In this document: piece by piece, positions 57,956 to 64,000 of the stretch
Layout: every line of letters begins with the position of its first letter
How positions within the stretch are numbered: the stretch's first letter is position 1
Assembly (NCBI GenBank): GCA_051745065.1
Contig: JBNJDQ010000001.1
Span: forward strand, 4,816-68,815
From: Fibrobacterota bacterium
GTDB taxonomy: Bacteria; Fibrobacterota; Chitinivibrionia; Chitinivibrionales; Chitinivibrionaceae
Reading direction: 5' to 3'
Length of the DNA: 64,000 bases
Program-made: the position numbers and the translations under genes
The notes under the pieces: model-generated
Told to the model about the DNA's origin: nothing
What the model saw: only the letters and a program-made list of their open reading frames with translations
Databases searched by the model: none

Positions 57956-59587
57956 ATGGTGGAAGCAGAAAATCCGGAACATAATGAGAGCCGGACAGCA
58001 GATGTAAAGGAACAGGAAGACCGACCTGGCGAGACTCTGTCACCGCGGGAAATTGATACGATGAAATCAATTATCCGCCGAATGGCAGCAATGGATTTTT
58101 CCGTTTCTCCCGATACGACAGAAGACTCAACAGGACTTCTGGCTGAGCTTGTACTGTTGCAGAAAAATCTTGAAGAGCGCTTTGCCGATACCCTCGGCGA
58201 TTCCGCCGGGCTTTTGAAATCTGCAGAGGAACTCAACACGGGCAGTCGATCCATTCGCGACCGCAATATCCGGATATTCCGTGATACGGCCTCCGTTGCA
58301 GCATCCACCAATGAGATGAACGGAAATATGAACACAGTCTCTTCGGCAACGGAAGAGCTGAGCATCAATATGAACACCATTGCCGACGCATCCCGTGAAA
58401 GCCGCGAAAGCATCAGCTCCATCTCCGACAGTACAAAAGAACTCACCACTGCAGCCGACGAGATTGCCCGCAGCACGGAAACAGCCACGGAAATCACGGC
58501 CCGCGCCCTGACAAGCGCCGAAGAATCGTCGCGTACAGTAAACGAACTGGAGGAAGCCGCCCGGGACATCGGTGAAGTAACGGTAACAATCTCCGATATT
58601 TCCGATCAGACAAAGCTTCTTGCCCTCAATGCCACTATCGAAGCAGCCCGTGCCGGGGAAGCGGGGCGCGGTTTTGCCGTAGTTGCCAAAGAGGTAAAGG
58701 AACTGGCCCTGCAGACAAGCAGCTCCACGGGAAATATACAGAAGAAAGTGGATATCATTCAGCGGGCGACAAACCGTACCATTACGGCCATCGGTTCAAT
58801 TCGCGATGTTATCAACGAAGTAAATGATGTGGTAACAACTATTGCTTCTGCTTCGGAGGAACAGTCCGCCAGCACCGGTGATATTGCTGACTACATTCTG
58901 AAAACCACGGAGCGCATTGACTCCATGGCTGAAAGTGTTCAGCAGGGAGCCCAGGCCGTGCAGGATGTGAATGTCAGCATCAACGATACCACGGAGCTCT
59001 CCAACCGGGTCACCGAATCAATCAACCGGATTCAGGAGGAAAGCGAAACAATCAAGAACCTTTCTGTAAAGAACTACATTACCGCCCTGGAAACCACGGG
59101 ACAGGGAGAAGCTCTGCACGACAGCTGTGCCGCCGTGGCCCTGCCTGCCGGAAAAAAGGAGAAAGCCGAAGAAGAGGCACCGGTGTTCTGTAAGTTCTCT
59201 CCCTCCTATGATGTACAGGTACCCAAAATGAACAGCGACCATGACCGGATTTTTCAGCTGATCGATGCTGTCAGCAAAACGGTAAAGGCCGATGCTCCCC
59301 GAAAGAATCTGGTGCAGGATCTGCAAAACCTTCAATCCTTCACGGAAGAGCATTTTGCCCGCGAGGAAAAGCTGATGCAACAGCGGGAATACCCGGAATA
59401 TCCCGCGCAGAAAAAGGCCCACACCAAACTTCTCGATACGGTGGCACAGATTATTTCCGACGTTGAGCAGGAGAAGGAAGTGGATCTTATTGAAATGATG
59501 GTCTTCTTTCGTGAGTGGCTGGTAAAACATATTCAGGGAATGGATAAAAAATACGCCCCCTGGCTGAAAGACGGAAAGGACGCCTGA
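57956..59587 (+). CDS. Second soluble MCP with C-terminal hemerythrin
   Basis: No TM helix; the same MCP hairpin; hemerythrin motifs DH, HF-x2-EE, AQKKAH, HI-x3-D. Confidence 0.9.
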   Translation: MVEAENPEHNESRTADVKEQEDRPGETLSPREIDTMKSIIRRMAAMDFSVSPDTTEDSTGLLAELVLLQKNLEERFADTLGDSAGLLKSAEELNTGSRSIRDRNIRIFRDTASVAASTNEMNGNMNTVSSATEELSINMNTIADASRESRESISSISDSTKELTTAADEIARSTETATEITARALTSAEESSRTVNELEEAARDIGEVTVTISDISDQTKLLALNATIEAARAGEAGRGFAVVAKEVKELALQTSSSTGNIQKKVDIIQRATNRTITAIGSIRDVINEVNDVVTTIASASEEQSASTGDIADYILKTTERIDSMAESVQQGAQAVQDVNVSINDTTELSNRVTESINRIQEESETIKNLSVKNYITALETTGQGEALHDSCAAVALPAGKKEKAEEEAPVFCKFSPSYDVQVPKMNSDHDRIFQLIDAVSKTVKADAPRKNLVQDLQNLQSFTEEHFAREEKLMQQREYPEYPAQKKAHTKLLDTVAQIISDVEQEKEVDLIEMMVFFREWLVKHIQGMDKKYAPWLKDGKDA

Positions 59588-59589
59588 CA

Positions 59590-60045
59590 ATGGATGAACG
59601 CAGCAATGAACTGCCCGCGGAAGTTCTGCTCTTTTCCATCAGAGGTACTCTCTGCGCCATGGATATCCTTTCAGTGCGGGAAATTCAGCGCACCGGCGAT
59701 ATTACACCGGTCTTTGGCGCTCCAAAGGACATTGCCGGAATTATCAACATCCGCGGGCAAATCCTTACCATGATCAATCTGCCTGAGCGTTTTCCCGGTT
59801 CCCCGAATGCATCGACCCAGGGTGGCAAAACGATTATTGTTCCCTGGCACGGGGAGGATGTGGGCCTTCTTGTGGACCATGTTGAAGATATAATCCCCCT
59901 GGATGAACAGAATGTATTTTCCGTTCCTTCAAATCTGCAGCCGGAATTCAGTCGATACTGCAGTCGGGTCTACCGCTTTGACGACCGGATGATACCGATC
60001 CTTGAACTTGAAGATCTTTTGCAGCAGGAGGAGCTGAGCAAATGA
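59590..60045 (+). CDS. cheW: Chemotaxis coupling protein CheW
   Basis: VREIQ, GIINIRGQILTMINL and VGLLVDHV motifs. Confidence 0.92.
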   Translation: MDERSNELPAEVLLFSIRGTLCAMDILSVREIQRTGDITPVFGAPKDIAGIINIRGQILTMINLPERFPGSPNASTQGGKTIIVPWHGEDVGLLVDHVEDIIPLDEQNVFSVPSNLQPEFSRYCSRVYRFDDRMIPILELEDLLQQEELSK

Positions 60046-61073
60046 AGCGCGTACTCATCGTAGATGACTCCCTGGTATACCGTCGAATCCTTTCCGGAAT
60101 AATCAGTGAAATTCCCAATCTTCGTGTTGCCGGCCAGGGGCGAAACGGCCGGGATGCTCTGCGTAAAGCAGAACTGTTGAAACCGGATATTATTACGCTG
60201 GATATTGAAATGCCCGTCATGGACGGCATTGAAGCGCTGGACCACATTACACAAAACTGGCCGGATGTCCCCGTGATCATGCTCAGCTCCACAACAAAAT
60301 TCGGGGCTGATGCCACAATCACCGCCCTGAACCACGGAGCATTCACCTTCATCGCAAAACCGGCGATCAGCGGTGATGCCGCGCGGGAAGAACTGGTAAT
60401 GCATCTGAGCCGCGCCTTTCGCGAAATTGAACGAAGTACCGCCGGAAAAGAACCACTGCCGCATACAGAACACCCGCCGGCGCCGAAACCGCATAAAAAA
60501 GGATTTTCCCGCCCCGAGGTGGTTGTCATGGGCGCTTCCACGGGCGGCCCCAAAGCACTGTCCGAAGTAATTCCCGCATTACCGGGAACTCTCGGCTGTC
60601 CCCTGCTTCTTGTACAGCATATGCCGGCAGGTTTTACCCGGTCCCTTGCAGAATCCCTGAACCGGCGCGCCGCCCTTACCGTAAAAGAAGCGACTGACCG
60701 GGAAACTCTTCGCCCGAATACCGTCTACATCGCCCCGGGAGGACGACACATGAAAGTGCATGCGGGACAAATCATTCTGACCGATGATCCGCCGGAACGG
60801 CATTGCCGCCCCTCCGTTAATTACCTCTTTCGTTCCGCAGCACGGGAATACGGCGACCGCCTGTGCGCAGTAATACTGACGGGCATGGGTGATGACGGGA
60901 CAGAAGGTTTGCGGGCAATCAAGAATGCAGGAAACCCCAAAGTAATCGGACAGGACGAAAACACCTGCGTGGTGTACGGCATGCCCCGTGAGGCCTTTCG
61001 CGCCGGTGTGGTGGATGTACAGGTCCCGCTTTCCGCCATTGCTGCCGAGATCGGAGCTTCACTCAGACCATGA
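60042..61073 (+). CDS. cheB: Chemotaxis methylesterase CheB (REC + esterase)
   Basis: TLDIEMP; catalytic GASTGGP, QHMP and GMGDDG; YGMPR. Confidence 0.95.
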   Translation: MKRVLIVDDSLVYRRILSGIISEIPNLRVAGQGRNGRDALRKAELLKPDIITLDIEMPVMDGIEALDHITQNWPDVPVIMLSSTTKFGADATITALNHGAFTFIAKPAISGDAAREELVMHLSRAFREIERSTAGKEPLPHTEHPPAPKPHKKGFSRPEVVVMGASTGGPKALSEVIPALPGTLGCPLLLVQHMPAGFTRSLAESLNRRAALTVKEATDRETLRPNTVYIAPGGRHMKVHAGQIILTDDPPERHCRPSVNYLFRSAAREYGDRLCAVILTGMGDDGTEGLRAIKNAGNPKVIGQDENTCVVYGMPREAFRAGVVDVQVPLSAIAAEIGASLRP

Positions 61074-61885
61074 ATATTTCTGATGACGATTTTTCCACGC
61101 TTCAAAAGATCCTCTACGACGAAAGCGGCATATTCCTGCCCGAAACAAAAGACTATCTACTGCGCACACGCCTCACCGGCGTCATGCACCGTGAAGGAAT
61201 CGGCTCCCTGGAAGAGATTATCCGCCGCATTCGTACGGAACAGGCTCTCCGGCACATCTTTGTCGATGCCATGACCACAAATGAGACGTCTTTTTTTCGG
61301 GAACGGCCGGTTTTCAAGGCCCTGGCGGGCACGCTTCTGCCCGAACTTCTTGCACACAGAAACGGCCAGATACGAATTTGGTCTGCCGCAGCCTCCACGG
61401 GGCAGGAAGCTTACAGTCTCCTCATGGCGGTGGAAGAGGAAGGAGATATCACCGATTCTGCACGCCTTGAACTGGTGGGTACAGATATCTCCCGCAGGGC
61501 CGTGGAAAAAGCCGTGGAGGGTATCTACAGTTCCTTTGAGCTGGGGCGCGGCCTCACACGGATTGAACAGGATCGCTACTTTACGAAAATCCGCCCCACC
61601 ATGTTTCAGATCCGCAGGGATCTTCGCCGGCGCGTCAGCTTTCGCCGCACAAATCTGCTCCGCCCCGCTCAGGTGTACGGCCCCTTTGATCTGGTACTGT
61701 GCCGAAATGTTGCCATCTACTTTAATGATGAAGACAAAAGACGGCTTTTTTCTGCGGTGGCACAGCGTATGCATCCCGGTGCGATTCTTGTAATCGGCTC
61801 CACGGAGCAGATCCCCTACATGGCTGACATTTTTACCAAAGTCAATCATGCAGGCATTACTGTATACCGGAAAAAACTGCGGTAA
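61070..61885 (+). CDS. cheR: Chemotaxis methyltransferase CheR
   Basis: TTNETSFFRE, WSAAASTGQEAYS, GTDIS and CRNVAIYF motifs. Confidence 0.95.
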   Translation: MNISDDDFSTLQKILYDESGIFLPETKDYLLRTRLTGVMHREGIGSLEEIIRRIRTEQALRHIFVDAMTTNETSFFRERPVFKALAGTLLPELLAHRNGQIRIWSAAASTGQEAYSLLMAVEEEGDITDSARLELVGTDISRRAVEKAVEGIYSSFELGRGLTRIEQDRYFTKIRPTMFQIRRDLRRRVSFRRTNLLRPAQVYGPFDLVLCRNVAIYFNDEDKRRLFSAVAQRMHPGAILVIGSTEQIPYMADIFTKVNHAGITVYRKKLR

Positions 61886-61960
61886 AGCGTTTCGCCCAGC
61901 GTCCCTGAGCTGACAGGGGCCCACGTATAACACGGCAATTGAATGCCTTCTGCCATATAC

Positions 61961-61988
61961 AAAAGGAGCGCTCCTTCCGGAACACTCC
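61961..61988 (-). terminator. Intrinsic terminator after hsp20
   Basis: Minus strand GGAGTGTTCC-GGAA-GGAGCGCTCC-TTTT (with G-U pairs). Confidence 0.7.
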
Positions 61989-62018
61989 TCTTTAATTGTT
62001 TGAATGAAGGAATCCCGC

Positions 62019-62435
62019 TTATTTCACGGAGATATCAATCTCCCGGGATTTTTTCTCACCGCTTTTCTTCAGGTCAATTTCAAGCACTCCGTTCTTCATC
62101 TTCGCGGTGGTCTTGTCTCCCTGAACATCATCGGGCAGACGGAACTCACGTTTGAAGCTGCCGAAGCTCCGCTCGGAATAATGATAGCCCTTTTCGTCAG
62201 TGGTGGTCTCATCTTTGCGTTCACCGCTGATGCGCAGCATATCATTCTCAACGGTTACGTTGACATCTTTCTTCTCCATGCCGGGAAGATCAACACTGAT
62301 CACGTAGGAATCATCATTCTCCCGAATGTCCACGGATGGATTCATAACCGCTGCGCGGTCCAGGTTGTAATTGTTACCGAAAACTTCATCCATGAGAGAA
62401 GAAAACGGATTGGATGAACGTACAATATTTGACAT
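62019..62435 (-). CDS. Small heat-shock protein (Hsp20/alpha-crystallin)
   Basis: PSVDIRE, VDLPGM, ERSFGSFKREF and NGVLEI motifs. Confidence 0.93.
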   Translation of the reverse strand: MSNIVRSSNPFSSLMDEVFGNNYNLDRAAVMNPSVDIRENDDSYVISVDLPGMEKKDVNVTVENDMLRISGERKDETTTDEKGYHYSERSFGSFKREFRLPDDVQGDKTTAKMKNGVLEIDLKKSGEKKSREIDISVK

Positions 62436-62507
62436 AACTACCTCCTTGAAATGCAGTTAAATTCGCTGCTCAATCTTTTTGCACGATATCTTTTTCACCA
62501 TCTCACT

Positions 62508-62523
62508 TGCAAGAGCCGTGCCA
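62508..62523 (-). promoter_or_regulatory. Sigma54 (-24/-12) promoter of hsp20
   Basis: TGGCACG-GCTC-TTGCA, a perfect match to TGGCACG-N4-TTGC, about 70 nt upstream of the start codon. Confidence 0.8.
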
Positions 62524-62662
62524 AAACGGGAAATGCCCGTGCACAGACGCTATATCGTACGAGATAAAAACAATTGTTTAAATCTATAACGGTGCAGAGC
62601 GTTCAATAATAAAACAGGAACAAATACCACTCTGCAGGAGAAATCCGACCGGAAAGATGCAC

Positions 62663-63622
62663 CTATGAAACCAGATGACAGCGAACCCGACGGCCGCAGG
62701 ATTTTTCCTCCATCACAGGAGCAGTACGGGTACACAGATTTTCTGCACGGGGACAGCGGGGATGAAAGGTGCAGCCCCGCGGTGGATCTGAGGGAGAGGG
62801 AAGGATATCATTACGCAGCTCCAGGGGTGCGCGCTGCCCGGCTATATCCGGTGCGGCGGCAATAAGGGCCTGTGTGTAGGGATGGCAGGGATTGCTGATA
62901 AGGTCCCGGCGGGTACCTTCCTCCACGACTTCCCCCAGATACATCACCATAACGCGGTCACTGATATGATTGATAACAGCAAGATCGTGGGATATAAAAA
63001 GCAGGGAGATTTTCTTTTCTTCCCGAATCTCCCGGAGAAGATTCAGGATCTGGGCCTGCACGGACACATCCAGGGCGGAAACAGCTTCATCGGCAATAAT
63101 CAGGGCCGGATCCAGAGCAAGAGCGCGGGCAATGGCAATGCGCTGACACTGACCGCCGGAAAACTGATGCGGCAGACGCTGCATCTGATCGGCGGCAATT
63201 CCCGTGCGTTGAAGCAGGCGTAGGGCCCGCTTCCGAATAGCTCCGGCACTGTCCCGGGTATGAATCCGCAGGGGTTCCTCCACGGATTTAATCACAGGAA
63301 TCCGTGGATTCAGGGAACTGAGGGCATCCTGAAAGATAATCTGCATATGCCGCCGGGCTTTGCGCAGATCCGTGCGCTTCATGGCAGTTACTTCTTCCCC
63401 ACGCAGAAAAACCCGTCCCGCCGTTGGTGCCAGAAGGCGCAGAATTGTGCGGGCAAGGGTGGATTTTCCACACCCCGATTCACCGACAACACCAAGAACT
63501 TCGTTTTCCCCCATGGAAAATGAAACATCATGCACCGCCCGTATTTCCTCCTGTACCCGCCCTGTAATAAGACTGCGGCTCAGGGCAAAGTATTTACTCA
63601 GATTCTGTACTGTCAGCACCAT
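62663..63622 (-). CDS. Oligopeptide/dipeptide ABC transporter ATP-binding subunit (OppF/AppF-like)
   Basis: GESGCGKST, FSGGQCQRI, IADEAVSALD and HPYT motifs plus a Cys-rich C-terminus. Confidence 0.9.
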   Translation of the reverse strand: MVLTVQNLSKYFALSRSLITGRVQEEIRAVHDVSFSMGENEVLGVVGESGCGKSTLARTILRLLAPTAGRVFLRGEEVTAMKRTDLRKARRHMQIIFQDALSSLNPRIPVIKSVEEPLRIHTRDSAGAIRKRALRLLQRTGIAADQMQRLPHQFSGGQCQRIAIARALALDPALIIADEAVSALDVSVQAQILNLLREIREEKKISLLFISHDLAVINHISDRVMVMYLGEVVEEGTRRDLISNPCHPYTQALIAAAPDIAGQRAPLELRNDILPSPSDPPRGCTFHPRCPRAENLCTRTAPVMEEKSCGRRVRCHLVS

Positions 63623-64000
63623 GGTGTTCCTCATCTAAAAGAAAACAGTGTACAATATGCCCCGTCCTGCCGAACGCCGGAGGTGTCTCCCGCCGGCACC
63701 GGGCAAACACGCGGGGACAGCGATTGGCAAAAGGACAGCCCACGGCTTCCTGCAAACGCGGCTCAACCTGCCCCGGAACTGCCGCAAGGGGCCGGGCCGC
63801 ATCCTCTGCATTCAGGGTGGGAACCGCCCGCAGCAGTCCCTGAGTATAGGGGTGAGCAGGAGCATCCAGGATTGTCCGCACCGGGCCGGACTCTGCAACG
63901 CACCCCGCATAGAGCACGGTGACACGATCGGCAATCCTTGCAACAACCCCCAGATCATGGGTAATAAAAAGAATTGAGAGGTCCATGGTATCCCGCAGAT
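63594..64000 (-). CDS. Oligopeptide/dipeptide ABC ATP-binding subunit (OppD-like), 3' part only
   Basis: ILFITHDLGVVA, VLYAG, HPYTQGLL and GCPFANRC motifs; runs off the window end. Confidence 0.85.
   Translation of the reverse strand, partial: LRDTMDLSILFITHDLGVVARIADRVTVLYAGCVAESGPVRTILDAPAHPYTQGLLRAVPTLNAEDAARPLAAVPGQVEPRLQEAVGCPFANRCPRVFARCRRETPPAFGRTGHIVHCFLLDEEHHGADSTESE

Noticed and set aside
53740-58720. Near-identical nucleotide stretches in the two MCP genes
   Set aside because: Explained by the conserved MCP signalling hairpin in paralogs; not a mobile repeat.
62436-62662. CIRCE/HrcA operator upstream of hsp20
   Set aside because: No TTAGCACTC-N9-GAGTGCTAA found.
5871-63977. Many long opposite-strand or alternate-frame ORFs (e.g. 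6585-7853, 12295-13269, 17495-18586, 42768-43607, 44785 extension)
   Set aside because: They are shadows of well-supported genes, with no motifs or RBS; they are expected from codon bias.
1-64000. CRISPR arrays, rRNA, transposases, integrases, toxin-antitoxin or defence islands
   Set aside because: No regularly spaced repeats or diagnostic motifs were seen; mazG stands with housekeeping genes and no mazEF.

Overview
A gene-dense, ~50% GC bacterial chromosomal window with mostly housekeeping and signalling genes; no CRISPR array, rRNA, intact transposase or integrase was seen. Gene content (PPDK, Rex, Na+-type V/A-ATPase, hemerythrin chemoreceptors) suggests a Gram-negative anaerobe; a Fibrobacterota/Chitinivibrionia-like origin is only my impression and is unverified. 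Main blocks in order: (1) a partner-switching signalling cluster (HEAT-REC, STAS, stand-alone CheA-like Hpt, REC-PP2C-HATPase); (2) ppdK, a degenerate GH106-like protein and a small kinase/receiver pair; (3) ilvB-ilvN-leuA behind a ribosome-mediated attenuator; (4) a five-gene cluster with a membrane-bound, CheW-less CheA-like kinase, CheX, CheY and two exported binding-protein-like proteins; (5) a giant TPR protein, panC, an unannotated 54-aa gene with its own promoter and terminator, and rlmN; (6) tpiA-secG-tRNA-Leu, whose anticodon is the rare AAG; (7) DegT aminotransferase, oxidoreductase, nagB, a second RlmN-like enzyme and an MFS transporter; (8) rex-argB-argD; (9) prs-yciO-mazG; (10) lysS with a diverged duplicate of its 3' end 692 bp downstream, probably an integration scar; (11) a V/A-type ATPase operon; (12) a chemosensory operon with two soluble MCP-hemerythrins; (13) hsp20 behind a consensus sigma54 promoter; (14) oligopeptide ABC ATPases. 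All calls come from motif recognition by eye; no database searches were run.
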